Origin: an uncultured Gammaproteobacteria bacterium
Lineage (GTDB): Bacteria; Patescibacteriota; Patescibacteriia; Magasanikbacterales; GWA2-37-8
Direction of reading: 5' to 3'
Length of the DNA stretch: 64,000 nucleotides
Assembly (NCBI GenBank): GCA_964511375.1
Contig: CAZEEW010000004.1
Coordinates: 5,542 to 69,541, forward strand
A model generated the notes under the pieces. That model was not told where the DNA came from, did no database searches, and worked only from the letters and a program-made list of their open reading frames with translations. Positions 1 to 9,238 of the stretch are shown piece after piece; positions within the stretch are counted from its first letter, which is position 1; the number at the start of each line of letters is the position of its first letter. Made by a program: the position numbers and the translations under genes.

Positions 1-1
1 G

Positions 2-340
2 GTTAACTTTAGTGCTCCGCCTAGAAATACCTATGTAAAAGCGCAGGTAAAAATTACCAATAAAAGAATAATAATAGTAGCAGCTAATTTATTTAATAGG
101 CAAGGTACTGTCTGGTGGGTGTTTAACTATGCTTCTTCGTTGCCCGATGGTAGTTTGTTAGGTAATAGTTTGAAAGGCGAATATTACATAAATAAAAAGG
201 ATATTAAAATTGAACGAGATGAGGATGGTAGGGAATATCTTTGTTGTGAGGGAAAAATGAGTGAAAGGATCTACCGTTTTAAAATAAAAATGCCACTAGT
301 TAATCTGTCTCGAACAAAAGAAATAATTGGTTTAAACTAG
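2..340 (+). CDS. hypothetical protein, 5'-truncated at window edge (ORF open to position 2)
   Basis: Reading frame is open from the window start through to the stop at 338-340. No recognisable motif. Confidence 0.3.
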   Translation, partial: VNFSAPPRNTYVKAQVKITNKRIIIVAANLFNRQGTVWWVFNYASSLPDGSLLGNSLKGEYYINKKDIKIERDEDGREYLCCEGKMSERIYRFKIKMPLVNLSRTKEIIGLN

Positions 341-350
341 GGAATAAATT

Positions 351-1454
351 ATGCCCAAAGATTATTACAAAATACTTGGTGTAGAAAAAAACGCCTCAGC
401 CGATGAGATCAAGCGGGCTTTTAAGAAACTCGCTATGCAGCATCATCCGGATCGACCGGGTGGAGATGAGGCAAAATTTAAAGAAATAAATGAAGCTTAC
501 CAGGTTCTAGGTGACGCGGATAAACGGTCACGTTATGACCAGTATGGTAGCGACTTTGAACAACAAGGTGGTTTCGGTCAAGGCATGAACTGGGAAGATT
601 TTATGCGTGCAGCTCGTGGTCAGGGAGGAGGCGGGTTTTCAAGTGGTGGATTTGACTTCGGTGGTGTGGATCTTGGGGATATCTTTGGTGAGATGTTTGG
701 CTTTGGTGGTGGGCGTTCGTCTGGTCGTCGCGCCAGGCGTGGTCAGGATATACAGGTAGATATACAATTAGATTTTAAAGAAGCAGCTTTTGGTCTTGAA
801 AAAGAAATTTCTTTACGTAAACAATCTAAATGTGATGTTTGTAATGGTAGTGGCAGTGAACCAGGTAGTAAAATGGAAAAGTGTCACACTTGTCAGGGGC
901 AAGGGCAAGTAGTACAAAACCAGAGAACTATTTTAGGCACCATGCAGACAGTTGTTACTTGTCCGGATTGTCATGGTCGTGGTGAAAAACCAAACAAGAA
1001 ATGTAAACATTGTGGAGGAGATGGAATATTAGCAAAAACCGAAACTCTAAAAGTGAAGGTTCCGGCCGGTATTGACGATGGACAATCCATTCGTCTGGAG
1101 GGACGAGGGGAAACTGCTCCGCATGGTGGAATGAGTGGTGACTTGTATGTCCGTGTACATGTTAAGCCACTAAAAGGTTTTGAACGCGATGGATTTGATG
1201 TTTTCACTGAAAATGAGATTAGCTATTCTCAAGCAGTACTCGGTGGTAAAATCGAAGTGGAAACCCTGGAGGGCCCGGTCAAGTTGGTGGTACCAGAAGG
1301 AACTGAGTCTGGACAATTAATAAGACTTCGTGGTAAAGGAATACCGCATATTGGTAATGGCGGGAGGGGAGACCAATATGTTAAGGTAAAAATTCGGGTG
1401 CCTAAAAAAGTCAGCCGTGAATTAAGAAAAAAATTGGAAGATCTAGACATCTAG
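351..1454 (+). CDS. dnaJ: molecular chaperone DnaJ (Hsp40)
   Basis: J-domain with the HPD motif (KDYYKILGV...HPDR). G/F-rich linker. Four CxxCxGxG zinc-finger repeats and a C-terminal substrate-binding domain. Confidence 0.92.
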   Translation: MPKDYYKILGVEKNASADEIKRAFKKLAMQHHPDRPGGDEAKFKEINEAYQVLGDADKRSRYDQYGSDFEQQGGFGQGMNWEDFMRAARGQGGGGFSSGGFDFGGVDLGDIFGEMFGFGGGRSSGRRARRGQDIQVDIQLDFKEAAFGLEKEISLRKQSKCDVCNGSGSEPGSKMEKCHTCQGQGQVVQNQRTILGTMQTVVTCPDCHGRGEKPNKKCKHCGGDGILAKTETLKVKVPAGIDDGQSIRLEGRGETAPHGGMSGDLYVRVHVKPLKGFERDGFDVFTENEISYSQAVLGGKIEVETLEGPVKLVVPEGTESGQLIRLRGKGIPHIGNGGRGDQYVKVKIRVPKKVSRELRKKLEDLDI

Positions 1455-1503
1455 ACTGTTCACCTTGCAAGGATAATGTCTAGTAGGGTATACTTCTTTT
1501 GTT

Positions 1504-2025
1504 ATGGGAAGCCCAAAGGACAAAAAGCGTTTCCAACAGTTTTACGAGGAAAATTTTGACAAAGTTTATCGCTTTGTCTTGTTTCGTGTTAAAGGAAATA
1601 AAGAGAAAGCTGAGGATTTAGTTTCAGAAATTTTTATCAAGGCCCTGGAGCATTTTGATGATTATGACGAAACTCGTGGCAAAAGTGCTTGGCTTCTTAT
1701 GATCGCTCGTAACCACGTAATTAGTTCCTGGAGAGATGAACGAATTACGACGGTTTCTTTGGCGGTAACTGATGACGAAGGGGATCAGGTAGAAGAGGAT
1801 TTTTACCTTATTTCTAAAGCAAAAGAGGCGGTGCGAGTAGGGCAGGTGGAGCAAGAAGTGCGTGAATTAATTGCTAAATTAAGCCCAGAAGACGCGGAAA
1901 TTGTAACTTTTCATTACCTTTTTGGGTATAGTTATAAGGAAATCGCGGAAATGCAGAATATGACTGAGGGGGCTGTTAAGGTGGCCGCGCACCGAGCCAT
2001 AAAGAAACTCCGAGAACTTTTATGA
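1504..2025 (+). CDS. RNA polymerase sigma factor, sigma-70 family (ECF-like; regions 2 and 4)
   Basis: Region 2-like motif (FYEENFDKVYRFVLFRV...LMIARNHVISSWRDE). C-terminal helix-turn-helix (YKEIAEMQNMTEGAVKVAAHRAIKKLRELL). Confidence 0.7.
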   Translation: MGSPKDKKRFQQFYEENFDKVYRFVLFRVKGNKEKAEDLVSEIFIKALEHFDDYDETRGKSAWLLMIARNHVISSWRDERITTVSLAVTDDEGDQVEEDFYLISKAKEAVRVGQVEQEVRELIAKLSPEDAEIVTFHYLFGYSYKEIAEMQNMTEGAVKVAAHRAIKKLRELL

Positions 2026-3191
2026 TAAAACTTCGATATAAATTGTGGAAAACGAAACGAGGTCTTGCACCGGAAGCTCTGTTTAAAGAGAGTTTACGGA
2101 AAGAGCTAGATCGAGCCTGGGATCTGAAATATGGCTCGGTGCCTTGGTTCCAGTCGGCATGGTTCCGTTATGTCTTAGTACCTACGACGGCTGTATTTTT
2201 AGTTATTTTTGCAGGTACAGGTGCTTATGCCTATACTTCCCCAGAAGTAACTGAAGGAAATTTGTTATATCCAATTAAAACAGCAGTAGAAAAAGTGGAA
2301 GAAAAATTGAGTGTTACCCCTAAAATGAAGACTCAGTTTTATATCCGTCAGTTAGATCGTCGCTATCAAGAAGCCGCAGCTGTAGGAAAAAAGATTAAAA
2401 CTAAACCAGCTAACACTGTGATAGAAACCGTTAAGGTTCAGGCTGGATTAGTAGAGAAGATAAATCAAGTCGAGAAAAAACTGGTGGAACAAAAACAGGT
2501 AATTCCATCCAACACTTTAAATGAAGTGAAGTTAAAAGCGAAAATTCAAGATGTTCTAAAAGAGTCGGAAGTTAAAAAAAGATTAATTGTTATACCGACA
2601 ACAACGATTAAAATTCGTGAGTTGGATCCAGATAAAATGAAAGTTAATCAAAACGGAAAAGAGAAAACTGAATTAGAAAGAAAATTGGAAGAGGTGGGTA
2701 AAAAACAAACTGAGAAAAAAGAACTGAGAAAATTAGAATTAGAAAAAGTACAGGAAAAATTGTCTCCGGAAAAAATTGAGACTTCGACCAGTCTTTTGCC
2801 AAAGGTTGTAAAGCCCAGCGAGAAATTTAAGGAAATTTTAGAACGGGCCAAGAGTCTTTTACCAGTTTTGCGAAAAGATTGTAATAATTGTTACGCAGTT
2901 ACTTCCACTCCGGCTATTTTGAAAAATAGTATGCCGGTTAAAGTAGTTGTTCCGACAAGCACTAGGCGAATTTATCCTGTCCCTTCCACTACTCCAAAGC
3001 CAGTAACCTCTACCCAAAGCGTTTCCCCATATTACAAACCTGTCCCAAGTCCGATCGCCACCAGCACAATTAAGTATCCAACAACGACGATAAGAGTTTC
3101 GCCAACTACTACTCCTAAATACACTACCTCAACAATTTATCTTAAACCGATTACTACTTCAAGCACCTCCACTGTCCTTTATTCGAGATAA
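2022..3191 (+). CDS. membrane protein, putative anti-sigma-factor-like partner; K-rich coiled-coil region and S/T/P-rich C-terminal tail
   Basis: Start overlaps the sigma-factor stop (ATGA). One transmembrane helix (VPTTAVFLVIFAGTGAYAY). Low-complexity PTTT/STS-rich C-terminus. Confidence 0.4.
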   Translation: MIKLRYKLWKTKRGLAPEALFKESLRKELDRAWDLKYGSVPWFQSAWFRYVLVPTTAVFLVIFAGTGAYAYTSPEVTEGNLLYPIKTAVEKVEEKLSVTPKMKTQFYIRQLDRRYQEAAAVGKKIKTKPANTVIETVKVQAGLVEKINQVEKKLVEQKQVIPSNTLNEVKLKAKIQDVLKESEVKKRLIVIPTTTIKIRELDPDKMKVNQNGKEKTELERKLEEVGKKQTEKKELRKLELEKVQEKLSPEKIETSTSLLPKVVKPSEKFKEILERAKSLLPVLRKDCNNCYAVTSTPAILKNSMPVKVVVPTSTRRIYPVPSTTPKPVTSTQSVSPYYKPVPSPIATSTIKYPTTTIRVSPTTTPKYTTSTIYLKPITTSSTSTVLYSR

Positions 3192-3204
3192 ACAACCCTC
3201 GGTA

Positions 3205-3236
3205 TGTAAAAACTCCCTTAACGGGGAGTTTTTACG
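3205..3236. terminator. bidirectional rho-independent terminator (AAAAACTCCC-ttaa-CGGGGAGTTTTT)
   Basis: Perfect 9-10 bp stem flanked by an A-run and a T-run, sitting between convergent genes. The rnhA stop codon lies in the loop. Confidence 0.55.
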
Positions 3237-3631
3237 TTGTCTAATGTTTGGTTGACCAGTTTATCTGCTTCTTGGTTTTTGGCGCGGAGAACGTGGCGAA
3301 AATTTACTTTTTTAAATTGTTGTGACAGGTTATATGCTTTAACAAAAAGTTTTTGTAAACTCGGCTCACGGATTTTGTATACGCCATTCATTTGCTTCAT
3401 AACTAATTCACTGTCCATGACACAGTCTGCTTCTGTTGCGCCGAGCTCTCGGGCTTTTTCTAGTCCGGCAATTAAGGCGGAATATTCCGCAAAATTGTTA
3501 GTTTGTTCGCCTAAATATTCTCCAAAGGCCGCGATAGTCTCACCCTTGTCGTTTTTTATCACCACTCCAAGTGCTGCTCGACCAGGGTTTCCCCGGGATC
3601 CGCCGTCAGTATAAATAGTTAATTTTGACAT
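3218..3631 (-). CDS. rnhA: ribonuclease HI
   Basis: Motif IYTDGGSRGNPGRAALGVV...FAEYSALIAGLEKA. Start re-picked at MSKL (ATG at 3629-3631), 3 nt after the upstream stop. Confidence 0.8.
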   Translation of the reverse strand: MSKLTIYTDGGSRGNPGRAALGVVIKNDKGETIAAFGEYLGEQTNNFAEYSALIAGLEKARELGATEADCVMDSELVMKQMNGVYKIREPSLQKLFVKAYNLSQQFKKVNFRHVLRAKNQEADKLVNQTLDNVKTPR

Positions 3632-3635
3632 AAAA

Positions 3636-4979
3636 TTAGTACTCAAGTTGCCACAATCCAGTTTGTTTATTAAGTACACCGCTAAAATACAGAATACGTT
3701 TTTCGGTGTTAGCTACGGGGTTAGAAATAGTCTGTTCTAGTAAGGGCGTGTTTACTAAATAATAGGGGTGCATGATAGTGGTCTTTTCTGCCCAAACTAA
3801 TAAAAGAGCGTTGTATTCATCTAATGGTAATACTTCTTTTAAGGTTTCGCCCGATCGGGTCAAAAGCGCTGGCTCTTCACTGTAGTTAAAAGTTCGCAGT
3901 TCAGACGCAGTCCAGAATAGCCACCAGTCATTGTAGCGGGAGATCAGACTTTTATCAGCATTAAAGTTCAGACGACGACCAGAATATACAAGGGTTAGTT
4001 CAGAATTAGCTCCAGCCTTAATTAGAGCAGTATCCTTCTTTACACCGAGGATGCTTGGCTTACTACCTTCTGGTAGATCAACTTCTAGAGCTCGCTCAAA
4101 ATAACCATAGACATCGTGGACTAGTTCCCATTGCAAAGTGGTACTGCTAGGGCGGATTATCCAAAGTTCCGAATTGTCTAAATACCAATCAGCATATTGT
4201 TCAATGCTTAAAACGCGATCTTGTTTGGAAGTTAGGTTGTAGGCGTTAAGAGTATTGTTGTCTAAACTATAATATATCTCTCCGCCATTGTTGGTCCATT
4301 GGAATTTGATAATTGTGTCTCCAGGCGCACTTTGTAAGGTTTGGCGGTCAGAGGCATTTTCTGCATTGAAAATATTAACACTTTTAATGTTGTTCTTATC
4401 CTCACTTACGGCAAGCAGATTTTTATTTTTTGCCCAGACTAAATAAGGGCTCGAAGTAGAATTAAAAGTGATTAGTGTAGTATCTGAATTGTCTTCGGTA
4501 TTTCTTAGTTTAATTTCCGTGATGTTATTATTTTTTAAAGCATAAGATAGAAAACGGCCGTCATTAGACAAGGCTATTGCTTGAATATTCCCGTTTTGTA
4601 AAAGGAGGGGCTGTTTCCTGCGGATTAAATTTATTTCTTTGATATATACTGTTTGTTTGTTTTTAACTTCTACTTCTTTAAGCCAGGGCAGGTAATCATC
4701 TGCTTCTAAGCGAATAGTGTATTTTCCTGGTGTAATATTATTAAGTCTAATTGGTACTTTACTTTTTAAGCGAATATTATTTAAATAGGCGATAGCGGTT
4801 TCTGGCTCAACATCAATACTGATTGCGCCGGTCTCGCGTAGTAACCCCGCTTGCCAATCATAGCGGTAGCCAATGGAGTAGAGGATAACAATCGGGGATA
4901 TGGCGAAAAAAGCCGCTATAAACAAGCCGAGTAGAATTAGACGAAAGGGTTTGGTAAATTTGGCGCCTGGATACTCCAT
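3636..4979 (-). CDS. membrane-anchored PEGA-domain protein with a C-terminal beta-propeller-like (TolB-like) region
   Basis: N-terminal transmembrane helix. PEGA-like segment (ISIDVEPETAIAYLNN...ITPGKYTIRLEADDY). Repeated hydrophilic beta-strand-like blocks follow. Confidence 0.45.
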   Translation of the reverse strand: MEYPGAKFTKPFRLILLGLFIAAFFAISPIVILYSIGYRYDWQAGLLRETGAISIDVEPETAIAYLNNIRLKSKVPIRLNNITPGKYTIRLEADDYLPWLKEVEVKNKQTVYIKEINLIRRKQPLLLQNGNIQAIALSNDGRFLSYALKNNNITEIKLRNTEDNSDTTLITFNSTSSPYLVWAKNKNLLAVSEDKNNIKSVNIFNAENASDRQTLQSAPGDTIIKFQWTNNGGEIYYSLDNNTLNAYNLTSKQDRVLSIEQYADWYLDNSELWIIRPSSTTLQWELVHDVYGYFERALEVDLPEGSKPSILGVKKDTALIKAGANSELTLVYSGRRLNFNADKSLISRYNDWWLFWTASELRTFNYSEEPALLTRSGETLKEVLPLDEYNALLLVWAEKTTIMHPYYLVNTPLLEQTISNPVANTEKRILYFSGVLNKQTGLWQLEY

Positions 4980-5043
4980 ATTGTCAAGTAAGGCTAAAAT
5001 AGGTATACTTAATAATAATCTAAACTTCTAAAACAGTCAAAAT

Positions 5044-6348
5044 ATGACCTATTTAACCGTTGAAGGTGGGCATAAATTAAAGGGTGAAATTGAGAATCAA
5101 TCAGCGAAAAATGCCGCTCTTTACGTTTTATATGCGGCTTTAATGATTAAAGGAATAACTACTCTAGAGAATGTGCCAGAGATAGAAGAAGTTAACCGCA
5201 CTCTCGAGTTATTCAAAAGCATCGGTGTGGGGGTGAAAAAAGAGGGTAAGGGTAAGTTAACCTTGGATGTTAGTAAAAAGATTGATATAAACAATGTAAA
5301 CCGTGAGGTTTGTGAAAAAACTCGGGTCTCCTTGTTTTTGTTCGGTGCCCTAACTAAGCGCGCTAATGATTTTAAGGTGTACAAAACTGGTGGTTGTAAA
5401 TTAGGTAAAAGAACAATTAAGCCCCACGTATTTGCTTTAGAAAAATTGGGTGTGGTAATTGAATCAAAAGACGACCATTACTTTGTTCACTACAATGCCC
5501 TAAAGGGGAACAAGATTGTTATGTATGAATCGGGAGATACTGCGACTGGCAATGCTATTATGGCTGCGGTTTTGGCGAAAGGAAAAACTGTGATTAAAAT
5601 GGCGTCAGCTAATTACATGGTGCAAGACCTGTGTTTCTTTTTGCAAAAAGCCGGGGCAAAGATTAAGGGTGTTGGTACTACAACCTTAGAAATTGAGGGT
5701 GTTACTAGTTTGAAACCGGTAAAAAATTATCCAATTATGCCTGATCCAATTGTAGCCATGACATTTTTAGCCGCAGGGATTGTGACTGGGGGAGAGATTA
5801 CGGTAAAGAATTGTCCTTTAGAGTTTTTGGAACTTGAACTGGCTAAATTGGAAGTTATGGGACAGAAGTTCAGCTTACTTCGACCACGAAAATCTAAAAA
5901 TGGTAAATTTGACGTTGTAGACATTAAACTTGCACCTAGTAAGCTGCAGGCTTTGCCAGATAAAATCGAAGGTCGACCTTTTCCAGGATTGAATATCGAT
6001 AACTTACCGTTGTTCATACCGATTTTGACCCAAGCCGAAGGCCGCACCTTAGTACACGACTGGGCCTATGAAAATCGGGCGGTATATGCTCTAGACTTGC
6101 AGAAAATGGGTGCGCAAGTAACGCTATTGGATCCACATCGGGTTTGGGTAGAAGGCCCAACTAAATTAAAAGGAAAAGAATTAATTGCTCCGCCAGCTTT
6201 ACGACCAGCGGTAAATGTATTAATCTCAATGTTGGCTGCCGACGGCAAGTCGATACTTCGCAACACCTACGAAATTGATCGCGGCTATGAGAATTTATAC
6301 GAAGTGCTAAATAAGGCAGGAGCAAGAATCGAGGTAGTTAAGGAGTAA
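5044..6348 (+). CDS. murA: UDP-N-acetylglucosamine 1-carboxyvinyltransferase
   Basis: EPSP-synthase fold. Active-site Cys in KTGGCKLGKRTIKPHV. Length is typical for MurA. Confidence 0.9.
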   Translation: MTYLTVEGGHKLKGEIENQSAKNAALYVLYAALMIKGITTLENVPEIEEVNRTLELFKSIGVGVKKEGKGKLTLDVSKKIDINNVNREVCEKTRVSLFLFGALTKRANDFKVYKTGGCKLGKRTIKPHVFALEKLGVVIESKDDHYFVHYNALKGNKIVMYESGDTATGNAIMAAVLAKGKTVIKMASANYMVQDLCFFLQKAGAKIKGVGTTTLEIEGVTSLKPVKNYPIMPDPIVAMTFLAAGIVTGGEITVKNCPLEFLELELAKLEVMGQKFSLLRPRKSKNGKFDVVDIKLAPSKLQALPDKIEGRPFPGLNIDNLPLFIPILTQAEGRTLVHDWAYENRAVYALDLQKMGAQVTLLDPHRVWVEGPTKLKGKELIAPPALRPAVNVLISMLAADGKSILRNTYEIDRGYENLYEVLNKAGARIEVVKE

Positions 6349-6374
6349 TATAATAATATAGATCAATTGAAATT

Positions 6375-7622
6375 ATGGATACATCACCTGTAAAGCAAAG
6401 AGCTCATCGGTACATTGGCGTATATCTTACAATCATTGTTTTTATCGTTGCTTTTGGCTTTGGTATTTTTGTCGGCCAAGGTTGGGCGATTAAAAAACAA
6501 ATATCTAATGCCGATGGTAATGTCGAAATAAGCAAGGTCTTAGATTTAAATCGCAAGTTAAACAAGAGTGACAGCGTTGAATTCGAACAATTTTGGGATG
6601 TTTGGGACCGGGTAAAGGAAAAATACGTTAAACAACCAGTTAAAGATGTAGATTTGTTTTATGGCGCCATTCAAGGGCTGGTCATGTCTTTGGATGATCC
6701 GTATTCAGTGTATTTGCCGCCACAAGAGGCCGCAGACTTTGCCGAAAGTTTATCCGGTGAATTTACAGGTATTGGCGCAGAGATTGGTATGAAAAAGGGC
6801 CAAATTATGGTTATTGCACCTTTGGATAACACACCAGCGCAAAGAGCGGGTCTTCGACCGGGGGATGCGGTAATTAGTATCAATGACGAAGATACTTTTG
6901 GCATGAATGTTAATACCGCCGTAGAAAAAATCCGGGGTGAGGCTGGCACTGAGGTAAAATTAGTTATTTACCGGGAAGGTCAACAAGAGCCAAAAGAGTT
7001 TAAGATTAAACGAGAGAAGATTAACGTACCATCTGTTCGTTTAACCATGCGTGAAGATAATCTGGCTTACATTCGTGTCATGCAGTTTAATGCGGATACG
7101 ACTTCACAGATGGATCGGGCGATTAAAGATTTAAAAAAGAAAAATGCCAGTGGGATAATTTTAGATTTACGTAGCAATCCAGGCGGGTATTTAGATGCCG
7201 CGATTGAAATGGGTAGTGAGTGGGTAAAAGAGGGGGTAATTGTAAGTGAAAGATCAACTGGTGGTCAAAAAAGAGACCATCGTTCTAGTGGTGTGCATCG
7301 TTTAGCTGGTATACCGACCGTGGTCTTAGTTAATGGTGGTTCAGCCTCGGCTTCGGAGATCGTGGCTGGTGCGTTAAAAGACCATAAATTAGCAATGATC
7401 GTGGGCGAACAAACTTATGGTAAAGGATCGGTACAAGATTTTGAGCTCTTCCCAGATGGTTCAGCACTGAAGATAACGATTGCTGAATGGCTAACGCCGA
7501 ATGGACAAAACATAAATGATCAGGGTATTGCCCCGGATGTTGAAGTAAAAGAAGACTATGCGAATGAGGCGGTGGGAGAGGACGTTGTGGTAGATAAGGC
7601 GGTGGAGATTTTAAAGAAATAA
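6375..7622 (+). CDS. carboxyl-terminal processing protease (S41 family, PDZ domain)
   Basis: N-terminal transmembrane helix. PDZ segment (GIGAEIGMKKGQIMVIAPLDNTPAQRAGLRPGDAVISIND). S41 core (LDLRSNPGGYL, GGSASASEIVAGAL...K). Confidence 0.85.
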   Translation: MDTSPVKQRAHRYIGVYLTIIVFIVAFGFGIFVGQGWAIKKQISNADGNVEISKVLDLNRKLNKSDSVEFEQFWDVWDRVKEKYVKQPVKDVDLFYGAIQGLVMSLDDPYSVYLPPQEAADFAESLSGEFTGIGAEIGMKKGQIMVIAPLDNTPAQRAGLRPGDAVISINDEDTFGMNVNTAVEKIRGEAGTEVKLVIYREGQQEPKEFKIKREKINVPSVRLTMREDNLAYIRVMQFNADTTSQMDRAIKDLKKKNASGIILDLRSNPGGYLDAAIEMGSEWVKEGVIVSERSTGGQKRDHRSSGVHRLAGIPTVVLVNGGSASASEIVAGALKDHKLAMIVGEQTYGKGSVQDFELFPDGSALKITIAEWLTPNGQNINDQGIAPDVEVKEDYANEAVGEDVVVDKAVEILKK

Positions 7623-7637
7623 GAAATGAACAGACAA

Positions 7638-7670
7638 CAAAACCTGCCTCACGGCAGGTTTCTTGTTTTG
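7638..7670. terminator. bidirectional terminator (AAACCTGCC-tcac-GGCAGGTTT + T-run) between convergent ctp and era
   Basis: Perfect 9-bp stem seen in the sequence, followed by TCTTGTTTTGTT. Confidence 0.55.
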
Positions 7671-8582
7671 TTAGATTCTTTCTTCCCAGTGGTTGTCTGA
7701 TTCAACTTCCAGTTCCAGGAATACTTTTTTGTTTCGTGCGGTAGACAATTCTTTTCGTGCGGCAATGCCAATTTCCTTCAAAGCTCGACCACCAGCCCCG
7801 ATAATCATCTTCTTGTATCGTTTATCTGAAGTTAAAATAACGGCATGTACCACCAAGATGTCTGGTTTATCTTCAATTTCTCGTACTTCGACATGAGTGC
7901 TGTAGGGTACTTCTTGCCGTAAAGCGAGGAGAATTTTTTCACGGATTACTTCGGCCATCCAGAATTTTTGGTCAATATTCGTTAATTGTTCTGGTGGGTA
8001 AAGTGGGTCGCCCTCTGGTAAGAGTTCAAAGATTTTCTTTTTTAATGGCTCAACATGTCTTGCGTGTAAGGCAGATAATTCAAAAATAGCGGCAAAGTCA
8101 TCGGACATTTCTTTGTAGTTATCTAAGAATTCTTTTTCTCGTTCAGCGAGATCAGACTTGTTAATAACCATTATTTTTGGCACAGAAGCTTTGCGTAACA
8201 AAGACAGGATAAATCTTTCTTCAGCACCAATGGCTTTCGTCGGGTCAACAACATAGATAATTAAGTCAATATCATGTAAGGCTTCTTCAACTCGTTCGGT
8301 CAGAATACCACCGAGGTTGTCATTACTAGATTTAAAAATACCTGGGGTATCAACAAGTACAGCTTGTCCTTCTGGTGCGTTAACAACACCATGAATAATG
8401 TTTCTGGTGGTTTGCGGTTTGTGGGTTACGGCGGCCAGTTTGGTGCCGACTAAAGTGTTAAGCAAGGTTGACTTACCCACATTAGAGCGTCCGACCAAAG
8501 TAACCATTCCAGATTTTAATTGTGGAGCCTGAGCGGCTTTCTCTGGAAGGTTGCCGGTAGAGATTTTTTTAGTTTTAGGCAT
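7671..8582 (-). CDS. era: GTPase Era
   Basis: G1 motif GRSNVGKST and G3 motif DTPG. C-terminal KH domain. Start re-picked at MPKTKK (ATG at 8580-8582). Confidence 0.85.
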   Translation of the reverse strand: MPKTKKISTGNLPEKAAQAPQLKSGMVTLVGRSNVGKSTLLNTLVGTKLAAVTHKPQTTRNIIHGVVNAPEGQAVLVDTPGIFKSSNDNLGGILTERVEEALHDIDLIIYVVDPTKAIGAEERFILSLLRKASVPKIMVINKSDLAEREKEFLDNYKEMSDDFAAIFELSALHARHVEPLKKKIFELLPEGDPLYPPEQLTNIDQKFWMAEVIREKILLALRQEVPYSTHVEVREIEDKPDILVVHAVILTSDKRYKKMIIGAGGRALKEIGIAARKELSTARNKKVFLELEVESDNHWEERI

Positions 8583-8629
8583 AGAATATATAACTATTTT
8601 TTGGCTTAAAATAACCGATCTCATCTATG

Positions 8630-8658
8630 TTGCCAAGGTAGTCTAAATATACTATACT
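8630..8658 (+). promoter_or_regulatory. sigma-70-like promoter (TTGCCA-17-TATACT) upstream of rplI
   Basis: Spacing and hexamers read directly from the sequence. Confidence 0.4.
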
Positions 8659-8697
8659 AAAAAATAGGTTTTAGCAAGGAGTAGACTAGGCATCTTA

Positions 8698-9144
8698 TTG
8701 TTTATGAAAGTCATATTATTACACAAAGTACCAGGCGTCGGAGATATTGACGATGTCGTTGAGGTGGCCGAAGGTTATGCCCGCAATTTTTTGTTTCCAA
8801 ACCACTTTGCCGTACAAGCTTCTAACCAGTCAGTGCACCAAAAGGAAGAGCAAGCCAAGAAAAAGGCTCGTATAGCTGAACGGGATTTGCAAGAGCAACA
8901 ATCCCTGGCCGCAAAATTGGACGGGTTAGAAGTAGAGCTGAAAGAGAAAGCCAACGAAATCGGTTTGCTATATGCAGCGGTGGGCCCGCAAAAGATTTCC
9001 GAAGTGCTAAACAAAATGGGTTTCAAGGTAGAAAGAAAGCAAATTTTGACACCGCAGATTAAATCAATAGGAGAACACAAAGTCACGGTTAAACTACGAC
9101 ATGGTTTAGAATCTGAATTCACCATCACTGTCTCTAAACAATAG
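8698..9144 (+). CDS. rplI: 50S ribosomal protein L9
   Basis: MKVILLHKVPGVGDIDDVVEVAEGYARNFLFP. Start may instead be at 8704. Confidence 0.85.
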   Translation: MFMKVILLHKVPGVGDIDDVVEVAEGYARNFLFPNHFAVQASNQSVHQKEEQAKKKARIAERDLQEQQSLAAKLDGLEVELKEKANEIGLLYAAVGPQKISEVLNKMGFKVERKQILTPQIKSIGEHKVTVKLRHGLESEFTITVSKQ

Positions 9145-9176
9145 CCTCCTCGTCTCTACGAGGGGGTTTTTGTTTT
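9145..9176 (+). terminator. rho-independent terminator after rplI
   Basis: CCTCCTCG-loop-CGAGGGGG stem followed by TTTTTGTTTT. Confidence 0.6.
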
Positions 9177-9238
9177 AATCAAATTAGTGTATAATATTCA
9201 ATTGTTAATAACTTTTTCAAATAGCCTTTTAATTAAAT

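Noticed and set aside
971-1450. Two minus-strand ORFs (971..1207, 1229..1450) inside dnaJ
   Set aside because: They lie antisense to a high-confidence, motif-rich dnaJ and have proline/serine-rich low-complexity translations. These are shadow ORFs.
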